Assembly (NCBI GenBank): GCA_963727525.1 | Contig: CAVSGO010000002.1 | Location: forward strand, 1 to 64,000 | DNA from: an uncultured bacterium | Lineage (GTDB): Bacteria; Krumholzibacteriota; Krumholzibacteriia; LZORAL124-64-63 | Length of the DNA stretch: 64,000 nt | Direction: 5' to 3' | Shown here: one piece after another, positions 1-8,425 of the stretch | Position numbering within the stretch: the stretch's first letter is position 1 | How the letters are laid out: every line of letters begins with the position of its first letter | Program-made: the position numbers and the translations under genes | The notes under the pieces: model-generated | Told to the model about the DNA's origin: nothing | Database searches by the model: none | The model's input: the letters and a program-made list of their open reading frames with translations, nothing else

Positions 1-231
1 AAGCGCGAGCAGAAGGCACAGACGCCCGCGCACGACCGCCGGCTCCCGCCTCCAGGCTCCGTGCTCCGCCGCGAGTGGCGCGGCAACGAGGTGGTCGTCA
101 AGGTCCTCGACCGCGGCTTCGAGTACCAGGGCCAGGTCTACCGCTCCCTGTCGGCCGTCGCCCGCGAGGTGACCGGGACGTCGTGGAACGGCTGGGTCTT
201 CTTCGGCTACGCGCGGAAGGCCGATCGGTGA
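1..231 (+). CDS. DUF2924 domain-containing protein (5'-truncated by window edge)
   Basis: Frame 1 reads ...RLPPPGSVLRREWRGNEVVVKVLDRGFEYQGQVYRSLSAVAREVTGTSWNGWVFFG...*, the DUF2924 pattern typically found upstream of large serine recombinases. TGA 229-231 overlaps the next GTG (GTGA). Confidence 0.85.
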   Translation, partial: KREQKAQTPAHDRRLPPPGSVLRREWRGNEVVVKVLDRGFEYQGQVYRSLSAVAREVTGTSWNGWVFFGYARKADR

Positions 232-1807
232 GTCGGTCCAACGGCAGGAACGGAAACGGCAAGCCCTCGTCGGTCCGCTGCGCCATCTACACGCGCAAGT
301 CGACTGACGAGGGCCTGGACCAGGACTTCAACTCGCTGGACGCCCAGCGGGAGGCCTGCGAGGCGTGGATCACGAGCCAGCGCCATGAGGGCGCGGTGTG
401 CCTCGACGACCGCTACGACGACGGCGGCTTCAGCGGCGGCAACCTGGACCGCCCGGCGCTTCACCGCCTACTGGACGACATCCAGGCCGGGCGCATCGAC
501 TGCGTCGTCTGCTACAAGGTCGACCGCCTCAGCCGCTCCCTACTGGACTTCGCCCGCCTGGTCGAGGTGTTCGACGCCCACGAGGTGTCCCTGGTCTCGG
601 TCACCCAGCCGATCAACACGCGGGACTCGGCCGGCCGGCTGATGCTCAACGTCCTGCTGTCCTTCGCCCAGTACGAGCGGGAGCTGATCGGCGACCGCAC
701 GCGGGACAAGATCCACGCGGCGCGCCGCAAGGGCATGTGGACGGGCGGCGTCCCGGTGCTCGGCTACCGCGTCGCAGACGGCAAGCTCGTGATCGACGAG
801 GACGAGGCCGCCGTGGTCCGCGAGCTGTTCGCGATGTACCTGAAGAAGCAGGCAATCTCCGCTGTCGTCGAGGAGGCCAACCGCCGCGGGTGGGTGACGA
901 AGGCCCACGTCACGAAGACCGGCAAGCGCACGGGCGGCGTGCCGTTCTCCAAGTCCGGGCTCGCCCACATGCTGGCCAACCCGATCTACGCGGGCCGCGT
1001 CAGGCTCAAGGGCGAGGTCTTCGACGGCGAGCACGAGGCGATCATCGACCCGGTGACCTTCAGGCGGGTCCAGGACCTGCTGGCCAAGAACGCCCAGAGC
1101 CGGGGCTCGAAGATGCGGGACCGCTACGGGTTCCTGCTGCGGGGGCTCGTCCACTGCGCGGCCTGCGGCTCAACCTACGGGCCGTCGGTGTCGCGCAAGG
1201 GCTCCAAGGTCTACCGCTACTACGTCTGCACGAGCGCCCAGAAGCGCGGCTACTCGACCTGCCCCTGTCCCACGATCTCCGCGCCGAAGCTCGAGGAGAC
1301 GATCGTCGAGCAGATCCGCGTGATCGGGCAGGACCCGCAGCTGCAGGCCGAGACGCTGCGGCAGGTGGAGTCCGGTAGGGAGGCGAAGCGCCCGGCGCTC
1401 GTCGGCGAGCAGAAGCGCCTGAGGCTGCGCCTGGAGAAGGTCCGCGCCGACATTCGCTCCCTACTGGATGCGCTCGCCACGGGCGAACGTGGGGCCAGCG
1501 TGAGCGCCCGGGTGGCCGAGCTGGAGAAGCAGGCGGCGGCTGCGCAGGGGCGGCTGGCTGAGATCGCCGAGGAGCTCGCCAGCCTCGACCACGGCACCGT
1601 CGACGCCGCCGACCTGCGCCAAGGCCCTCTCCCTATTCGACCCCATCTGGGACGTCCTCTTCCCCGCCGAGCAGGCGCGGATCATCCAGCTGCTCGATCG
1701 AGCGGATCGACTACGACGGGCGCAGCGGCAAGCTGGCGATCGAGTTCGCCGAGACCGGCATCCAGGCGCTGGCCGCCGAGGTCGAGAGCGCGAAGGAGAC
1801 GGCATGA
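228..1807 (+). CDS. Large serine recombinase (resolvase + recombinase + Zn-ribbon + coiled coil), two apparent +1 frameshifts near 1620 and 1696
   Basis: RCAIYTRKST (catalytic Ser), YKVDRLSRS, CAAC...YYVC...C Zn ribbon. Removing one base near 1620 and one at 1696 restores KALSLFDPIWDVLFPAEQARIIQLLIERIDYDG...AKETA*, ending TGA 1805-1807 overlapping the next ATG. Confidence 0.88.
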
Positions 1808-2061
1808 GAGTGGAGCTGAAGGTCGACCTGCGGCCCCAGCGGCCGGAACCGAAGCCGAAGGCCGTGCGCGATCCTGACGCGATTGCTACGAAGCGCCGTC
1901 GCCGGCAGGAGGAGCGTTGGCTGCGGCGGATCGCCCTCGCGCAGGTCGTGGAAGAGGCCATCAGCGGCGGGCGTTTCAGTGACCTAGCCGACGTCGCGCG
2001 GGGCTGCGGAGTCACGCGGGCCGCCGTGTCGAAACTCGTTGGAATCGCTCGGGGGGATTAG
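1804..2061 (+). CDS. Small HTH-like protein accompanying the recombinase
   Basis: ATGA-coupled to the restored recombinase end. GRFSDLADVARGCGVTRAAVSKLV looks like a helix-turn-helix. Confidence 0.65.
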   Translation: MRVELKVDLRPQRPEPKPKAVRDPDAIATKRRRRQEERWLRRIALAQVVEEAISGGRFSDLADVARGCGVTRAAVSKLVGIARGD

Positions 2062-2063
2062 GA

Positions 2064-2111
2064 GAGGCGCCCAGCCAGGTGGGGGATTGGAGAAGGTCGA
2101 CTGGGCGCCTC
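2064..2111. terminator. Inverted repeat between convergent genes
   Basis: GAGGCGCCCAG (2064-2074) and CTGGGCGCCTC (2101-2111), right at the GC-content drop. No clear U-tract. Confidence 0.35.
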
Positions 2112-2138
2112 CGTCGAATTGTAGCGATCAGACGTCTT

Positions 2139-2933
2139 CTACTTAGCCTTCTTGAAGTCTTTCCACTTTTCTCCGGCCCATACCATTAGCCCAATATCCG
2201 TCGGCACAATCAGATTCTCTGAAACCGCGTGAGCAACATAGAACATTAGCTGCTGGAAGTAATCGCAAATGGCTTCGAGCTCATCAATACTCTTTATCGG
2301 CCAGACATCACGATGTACAACGTCATGGCGGCTGCTGTAGATCTCCTCCAACTTGTGTTGATCCCAGCTCGCAAACTGCCGCTGTAGACTTTCTGATGAA
2401 CCCCAAAAAGTGAATAGCTTTTGTACATCAATACCCCATCTTGAAAATACCGCAAACTTCTTCGCTATACTCTTTCTGCTGAAATTGTCTACCAATTCCC
2501 GTATTCGTTCATCCTTGGTGGCCCGCGGCGGTTCACTGCCTCTCCCGGAATATAACGCGGTAACCTCCATTTCGAGTGTGTTTGGACTAGCGTTTAATGC
2601 CGCTAGATAAGTGTCGTCGTAGAAGCTGTCCAGTACAGTACATAGCGTAACGAAAGCCTGGTTCAATATGCGAAGCTCATATGAAGCCAACAGTTTTGCC
2701 ACTTCGCGATCTATTCCTGTTCTGAATTCCCGCTCCAGCTGTCGATACTGCGCTTCGGTAATATCTGCAGAAAGAAAACGACGAAACATGCCTAGATCTT
2801 TATTAAATGTCGCGCCTAACTTTGCTGCGCCACCTTGCAGATAGAGGCTATAAAGATGACGGTTCATCACCATGCTTTCGGTCATTCGTCTTACAAAATA
2901 GATCAGTCTAATCTGTGGCGCAGCACGCATCAT
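2139..2933 (-). CDS. Putative HEPN-domain protein
   Basis: 264-aa helical-looking ORF with LEEIYSSRHDVVH (Rx4H) near the C-terminus, in island cargo. True start may be the RBS-preceded ATG at 2976 with a 1-nt slip in an A-run (MTEKEKAYWDELQEMMR). Confidence 0.5.
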   Translation of the reverse strand: MMRAAPQIRLIYFVRRMTESMVMNRHLYSLYLQGGAAKLGATFNKDLGMFRRFLSADITEAQYRQLEREFRTGIDREVAKLLASYELRILNQAFVTLCTVLDSFYDDTYLAALNASPNTLEMEVTALYSGRGSEPPRATKDERIRELVDNFSRKSIAKKFAVFSRWGIDVQKLFTFWGSSESLQRQFASWDQHKLEEIYSSRHDVVHRDVWPIKSIDELEAICDYFQQLMFYVAHAVSENLIVPTDIGLMVWAGEKWKDFKKAK

Positions 2934-2953
2934 CTCTTGCAGTTCGTCCCAAT

Positions 2954-3334
2954 ATGCTTTCTCTTTTCTCAGTCATAGGTTTCTCCGTTGAACTAGGTAA
3001 GCGAACGGGCGATCAAGGAGCTGATCTGTTCGCAGAGAGGTTTGGACGAAAGATCGTAATCCAAGCAAAGAACTACATGGACAATGTCGGGAACTCCGCG
3101 GTCCAGCAGGTGATCGCGGCGAAGGCTTTCTACCGATGCGACGAAGCCATGGTTGTTACGAATAGCTTCTTCACTCCATCTGCAAAGGCCCTTGCAGAGT
3201 CTGCTGACGTGAAGCTTGTCGATCGCGTCAACCTTCAGGCGTACGTCGATGACTATAATCAATTGATTGTCCAAGCCGCCGCTTCTTTCACGAGAGGCAG
3301 GGAACCCGACGGTGTGCCGGACGGGCAGCAATGA
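2954..3334 (+). CDS. Mrr-like (type IV) restriction endonuclease catalytic domain, probably N-terminally truncated
   Basis: GFSVELGKRTGDQGADL...IVIQAKNY...VGNSAVQQV...AMVVTNSFFTPSAKALA...LVDR matches the Mrr_cat D..QxK pattern. Confidence 0.8.
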   Translation: MLSLFSVIGFSVELGKRTGDQGADLFAERFGRKIVIQAKNYMDNVGNSAVQQVIAAKAFYRCDEAMVVTNSFFTPSAKALAESADVKLVDRVNLQAYVDDYNQLIVQAAASFTRGREPDGVPDGQQ

Positions 3335-4325
3335 CGTTTCGCTAACTGTTTTCGGCCCCCTGGGAGATCGTCGGTCGTCGCTGCGGGAGACGGCGTCGCC
3401 TCTTGACCAAGGCTAGCGTTTATAGGGACGGGAATTCCGCGCCGCATTCGTTCTCTACTACTGGACTCTCCGCGGCTTTCAGACGCCGGACCGTGCGTGA
3501 CCCCAGACGCTGCAGGTTCAGTGGGAGTTGGAGTCCGCATTCGCCCCACTGCACCTAGTTCTCGCATCCGCTAAAGCCTACTGAGACCTTTCCTGCGAGT
3601 CGCTCGCTGCAGTAAACCGGCGGCGTTCAATCGTCCTATTTACAAGCCGAATACGCCATTTACGTGGTGCGACCAATATGGTACGCTACGGATGATGTGC
3701 TAGCTTTGACTGAACCAAGAGGTCGCCATGGGATGGATATCAGATGCGCGCGCCAGAGTCAAATCAAGCCTCCGGTTTGGACTTTTCGCACACAATTTTT
3801 CGACCGAATTCGACGACGCCAACGATCGCGACTTTTTACTCATGTAGATAGCCAGTATCCGCCAAGCGTAGAAGTATTAGAGCTCTAAAGCATGTAAACG
3901 CGAGGATTACTGCTCAAGGCCGCGCCCTCCCAAGGTGACAGATGCATGGCATGTTTGGATGACCCAACGTCTCCCGTAATGTTCCGATATTCTGTCACTC
4001 GCGCGCGCAACGGGGGCGCTGACGGCGTTTGTGCTGCCGCGAAAGCGTGTGGTACGATAGAGGTGAGCTGCCGCCAGAAATTCCGCGCTCCCTGCCTTCT
4101 CTTCGGTTTGCAGGCGCCAAAGCGCGATACTCTCAAGAGTCTGCACAAACAAACCTAAATCAGGAATACGAATAGCAGGTCGCGCCATTCACGTTTCGCC
4201 CGGGGCAAATCTAGACGCGTTTACATCCCCAAACAGCCCAAGAAATAGCCCCGCATAGAAGACATTACGAAGACTAAACTCCAATCTACTGCGGCCGAAA
4301 AGTCCGACGCGCAAAGCGCTCTTGG

Positions 4326-4853
4326 CTATTTCATCCAAATAGTGCCGGAAGAAAAGGAGGTACCAGGCCTTGGGTAGGTTCTCTGGAACTGTTCAATGTA
4401 ACCCCTCATCTGTATCTCAGCGCTGATTGCAGGCTCAATGAAATCGTCCCGAAGTTGTATTGGGTCTAGCTGCGGAACGTGCTTCCTCGCTGGGTTATTA
4501 GAAATCAACAGCGCCTAGTGAAACCCGAATCGGATCTCCTTAAAGAGTGCGTAGATCAACTGATCGCGATAGGGCCGACTAACCGCATCTAGAGACTTTT
4601 CCTTCACAACGTTTCCAAAAATACACATGGATCTCGACGCAGCCACTTCTTTGGCCGTCTGTGGTGGATTGATTCCAAGAACAATTCCTACGTAGCGATC
4701 GGCGACTGGACAGAGCGCATTATATGCCCGCCGATTGAGCTCATATTCGTCTTCGTGGCCTGTTCGAAAATCTCTCTTCTTGCCCAATATCTCGCTATAC
4801 AATTCCTGAGCGGTGGCGGCGGATTCGTCAAAAGCAATATTTGGTATACTCAC
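4326..4853 (-). pseudogene. Hypothetical protein interrupted by an in-frame TAG (4515-4517)
   Basis: ORFs 4515..4853 and 4326..4508 are in the same frame and read ...IRFGFH*ALLISNNP... Confidence 0.4.
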
Positions 4854-5169
4854 TGTACGCCCTTCGTTTGGACTTACGCCGACGATCTAGTGACCGCCAG
4901 AAAATACGCCGACGCGTGTTGCGTAGTCGACGGCTACCGCGGAGATAAGGGACGAAGCGGCATAAGCAAATGAAGGCAGCTCGAAGTTCACTTCGCCAAC
5001 ACCATCTTCCTCGTCGCCCGGTACGGCCCGGCGTTCACTGGATCAACGATAGCTTTCTCAGCTTCATCCCGCAGGGACCGCCAGACGGGAGTGGTCGTTT
5101 CCGAAAATACCGACGGCACAGCGTTGCCGCTGCGTCCATCCAACTGGACTCCGGCCTCCGCGGTAGTTC

Positions 5170-6378
5170 TTATCTCGTTGTCTCGTTGCGAGGCGGCTCC
5201 CACTTCGCTATCTCGATGTGCCGCCATGAACCATCACTATACCATTCTCGCCAGATGCGTACATTGGCCGAACCGTCGAAGCACGCCGCTTCCGGTAGGA
5301 AGTAGGTGGACACACGCTCGTCCCACTTGATCACAAGTGAGCGCGGGATCGGCGTGTCTTCCGGCGGCGGAGTGACTCGAGACGGCCAGCATCCACGGAG
5401 AGTAGCGAGAGAAACGTCCCCCGCAGACGCACGCTGCTGTTCCACCTTGAAGCCTACCGGGTTCCAGCCGTATGGCACCGCCAAAGAGTCCGTGACTGAA
5501 AGCGTGACCCCATCCAGCACCATCATTTTGCCGTCGTGATAGAAGTCTTGCAGCCAAACCAGCAGGCGATTGCCGTTCGGTTCGGGAAATGCTGCTGCCG
5601 CATATCCATCTAACGTGCGGCGAGCAAGCTCAGCCCCAGTCTCTAAATCGATCGATATCATCGGGAATGGATCGAACCTGCACTGCCAGGTCAACCAAGC
5701 ACAACGAGTACCAACCGCACCGCCGTAGTCGCGCATCTCACAGCCTGGCGACACGTCTTGATAATCGACTGACCAAATCGGGTCACGAGCGAGAATATTG
5801 CGAAGAGTGACTTCTAATGAACCGTTGTCGAGACGCCATTCGACGAGATGCGTGGATGGTCCAACTAAGCTGTTCTGATAGTAACCGGCGCGGCGTCGAC
5901 GGGGGAAATCGAGCTCCTTGGGCAAAGCGATTGGACGAGGATCACCCCAACCGGTATTGTTCGGGATGTACCCAAGCTCGTCCAAGTCTCCCGGTAAGGT
6001 AATTAGCTGAGCACGTAGTAAGAGAGCTTCCTCTTGGAGGGTGATGCCATAGTTGCTTCCCATCTCGAGAGTACGCGAAGACCGCGGGAGCGGCCTCACT
6101 TTGGCCTGCAAAGACCACCGCCAACTGCTTAGCATCGAGCCACGCGATTCTTTCACGTACGCGTAATCCCGTAGCAACACCACGGGATCATCTGAGGTGG
6201 CTTTATCTCCGCAGAACTGCAGGATCACCCCCTCGTCGGTCTCCCGCGCCAAGAGAAAACGTCCATCCCCGAGCGAAGCGAGTTGTCTCCCGCCTGGTCG
6301 TTCGCTAGCGGCCGCAACAGCGACCACGCACACTAGCATGATCACTGCGATAGTCGCTGTACTGCCTCGACTGCCCAC
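5170..6378 (-). CDS. Hypothetical secreted protein
   Basis: 402-aa ORF with N-terminal hydrophobic signal-like segment (IAVIMLVCVVAVAAA). No family recognised. Confidence 0.5.
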   Translation of the reverse strand: MGSRGSTATIAVIMLVCVVAVAAASERPGGRQLASLGDGRFLLARETDEGVILQFCGDKATSDDPVVLLRDYAYVKESRGSMLSSWRWSLQAKVRPLPRSSRTLEMGSNYGITLQEEALLLRAQLITLPGDLDELGYIPNNTGWGDPRPIALPKELDFPRRRRAGYYQNSLVGPSTHLVEWRLDNGSLEVTLRNILARDPIWSVDYQDVSPGCEMRDYGGAVGTRCAWLTWQCRFDPFPMISIDLETGAELARRTLDGYAAAAFPEPNGNRLLVWLQDFYHDGKMMVLDGVTLSVTDSLAVPYGWNPVGFKVEQQRASAGDVSLATLRGCWPSRVTPPPEDTPIPRSLVIKWDERVSTYFLPEAACFDGSANVRIWREWYSDGSWRHIEIAKWEPPRNETTR

Positions 6379-6878
6379 GGTGTTCCGGCTCCCCCAAGAA
6401 CTTCGGAGATCTCAACGCCGTCTTCGTGTAGATGGAAGCGGGCGTCCCCCGAGCCCCGGTGTCATGTAGCTCGTATTGTAGTATACACGCCGATGGCGGT
6501 GCCGGACACCCGGGAAACAAGACGCACTGGCGCTCAAGCGGTGCGGTTCGCGAGTCCAATAGTGGGTTGGCGGGAAGTCCAGATCGCGCCTAAGGCGACA
6601 ATCCGTTGTCCCCAATTGAGTTGCGAGCGTACTTGATGTTTAGTGCGGGCTGTTAACCTTTTTGGAGCGCCAGGCACAGAAACCAAGAGTCACAGAGAAC
6701 ACGGCCGTCGCTGCAGCCCGCAGGGGCGACCTAAGAATTCTACTCTCGCCTTCACGCCCTCGAAAATACCCGCCCTCGCTAACTACGCACCGACAAGCGC
6801 TTATAGCCGCGCTGAATTGCCGCGAATCATACCGCTCAGTTGAACATTACTAGTGAGACGGGAACCCGCGAAAGAAGC

Positions 6879-6926
6879 TGGCTCCCCTGTCAGGACTCGA
6901 ACTCCCCAATCGCCTGGTTAACAGCC
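6879..6926 (-). tRNA. tRNA-Asn(GTT) 3'-half remnant (att-site-like, not a full tRNA)
   Basis: Minus strand GGCTGTTAACCAGG-CGATT-GGGGAG-TTCGAGT-CCTGA-CAGGGGAG-CCA contains the anticodon loop CTGTTAA, T-loop, acceptor 3' strand and CCA. No 5' acceptor strand or D-arm upstream. Confidence 0.7.
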
Positions 6927-6946
6927 GCCGCGAGCGATTCCTCTCC

Positions 6947-8323
6947 CTATCCCATCTCCTCCGCGCTCAGTCCCTCGTCCTTCAGCATCTTTGAGAAGGC
7001 CTGGCGTGAGATGCCGCTGCGGTCGGCGGCTAGTGTGATGTTGCTGTTGGCGTTGCGGAGCTGGGTGAGGAGGTAGGCCGTCTTGAAGGCGCGCATGGCT
7101 TGGTCTTTGGCTTCGTGGTACGGGGAGGGGGAGGCGCTGAGGTGGCAGTCGCCGTAGGCGAGGTCGGCGGCGGCGATTTCGTGGTTCTGGCAGCGGATGA
7201 CGGCGCTCTCTATGAGGTTGCGGAGTTCGCGGACGTTGCCGGGCCATTTGCGGTCGCGGAGGTAGGTGAGGGCTTCGGGGCGGAAGGCGACGATGGGCTT
7301 TTTTACCTCGGCGGTGGCGCGGGCGAGGAAATGGAGGGCGAGGGGTTCGATGTCTTGGGGGCGATCGTCCAGGCCGGGGACGGCGATGGGAAATACGTTG
7401 AGGCGGTAGAATAGCTCGGCGCGGAAGCGGCCGGCGGTGACCTCGGCGGCGAGGTCCTTGCTTGTGGCGGCGAGTACGCGGACGTCGGTCGGGAGCGACG
7501 CTTCGCCGCCCACACGGGTGAAGGTGCGTTCCTCGAGCACGCGCAGCAGCTTCGTGTGCAGGCGGGCGGGAGCGTCGGCGATCTCGTCGAGGAAAAGGGT
7601 GCCGCCACGGGCCAGCTCGAACTTGCCGCGGTGCAGGGTGGTGGCGTCGGTGAAGGCGCCGCGCTCGTGGCCGAACAGCTCGCTCTCGATGAGGTTGTCG
7701 GGGATGGCCGCGCAGTTCACGCCCACGAAGGGGCCGTTCGCGCGCGGGGACAGCGCGTGGATGCGCCGCGCCACCATCTCCTTGCCCGCGCCGCTGGGGC
7801 CGGTGATCAGCACGGTGCTCGGCGTGGGGGCCACCTGCTCGATCTGCGTCATGACGATTCGCAGGCGCCGATCGCTCACCACGAATTCACCTTGCAGGCG
7901 GTGTACCTCGTCGCGCAGCAGGTGCATCTGACGGCGCAGGTCGGTCTCGTGCAGGCCCATGGTGATGAGCTGACGCAGGTGCGCGGGGTTGGGCGGCTTG
8001 GTGCAGTAGTGGAACGCGCCCGCCTTCACTGACGCCACCACGGTGCCGATGTCGGCCGAGCCGGTGAGCATGATCACCGGTGGCGTATCCGGCAGCTCAC
8101 GCAGGCGCTTGAGGACGGCGAACCCGTCCGGTCGGCCGTTGCCGAGATCGAGATCCAGGAGGATCAGGTCCGGCGGCGTATCGGCGACGTACGCCACGGC
8201 GGCTTCGCCATCGGCCACCGTCTGTAGCGCGTACTGGCCGCCGAGGATGACCACGAGATCGCGGGTGAAGACAGGATCGTCGTCCACGAGGAGCAAGCGC
8301 ACGTCGGCGCGGGTGTCCCCCAT
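6947..8323 (-). CDS. Sigma-54-dependent response regulator (REC-AAA+-HTH, NtrC/AtoC family)
   Basis: LLLVDDD...LLDLDL receiver; GPSGAGKE Walker A; ELFGHERGAFTDA; LFLDEI; WPGNVRELRN; C-terminal Fis-type HTH. Confidence 0.95.
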   Translation of the reverse strand: MGDTRADVRLLLVDDDPVFTRDLVVILGGQYALQTVADGEAAVAYVADTPPDLILLDLDLGNGRPDGFAVLKRLRELPDTPPVIMLTGSADIGTVVASVKAGAFHYCTKPPNPAHLRQLITMGLHETDLRRQMHLLRDEVHRLQGEFVVSDRRLRIVMTQIEQVAPTPSTVLITGPSGAGKEMVARRIHALSPRANGPFVGVNCAAIPDNLIESELFGHERGAFTDATTLHRGKFELARGGTLFLDEIADAPARLHTKLLRVLEERTFTRVGGEASLPTDVRVLAATSKDLAAEVTAGRFRAELFYRLNVFPIAVPGLDDRPQDIEPLALHFLARATAEVKKPIVAFRPEALTYLRDRKWPGNVRELRNLIESAVIRCQNHEIAAADLAYGDCHLSASPSPYHEAKDQAMRAFKTAYLLTQLRNANSNITLAADRSGISRQAFSKMLKDEGLSAEEMG

Positions 8324-8425
8324 CGATGTCCCCCCAGCTAGAGGTCGAGATACTTAATTCAATGGCAACAGGATAGCAGATCAGGGGCCTCCGCTTCAAG
8401 CCCTCCCTCGGGACGTCCCGAGATC

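Larger units (their letters stand above)
1..6926. mobile_element. End of an integrative element / genomic island (recombinase module + lower-GC cargo)
   Basis: DUF2924-recombinase module. Visibly lower GC and atypical codon usage from ~2.1 to 6.9 kb. tRNA fragment at the boundary with GC-rich sequence. Confidence 0.65.

Noticed and set aside
75-227. N-terminal extension of the recombinase ORF
   Set aside because: Overlaps DUF2924; the GTGA-coupled start at 228 is more plausible.
3335-4325. Short ORFs and an 11-bp inverted repeat (ATGTAAACGCG) in lower-GC DNA; possible integron attC sites
   Set aside because: No recognisable products, no RYYYAAC/GTTRRRY-bounded hairpins and no integron integrase.
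6879-6950. Complete tRNA-Asn gene
   Set aside because: No 5' acceptor strand or D-arm; anticodon and T stems are mispaired.
7640-7665. GAFTDA instead of GAFTGA in the activator
   Set aside because: A common variant; not evidence of a novel function.
8363-8378. Sigma-54-like TGGCAAC-AGGA-TAGC
   Set aside because: Points antisense into the kinase gene and matches the -12 element imperfectly; likely chance.
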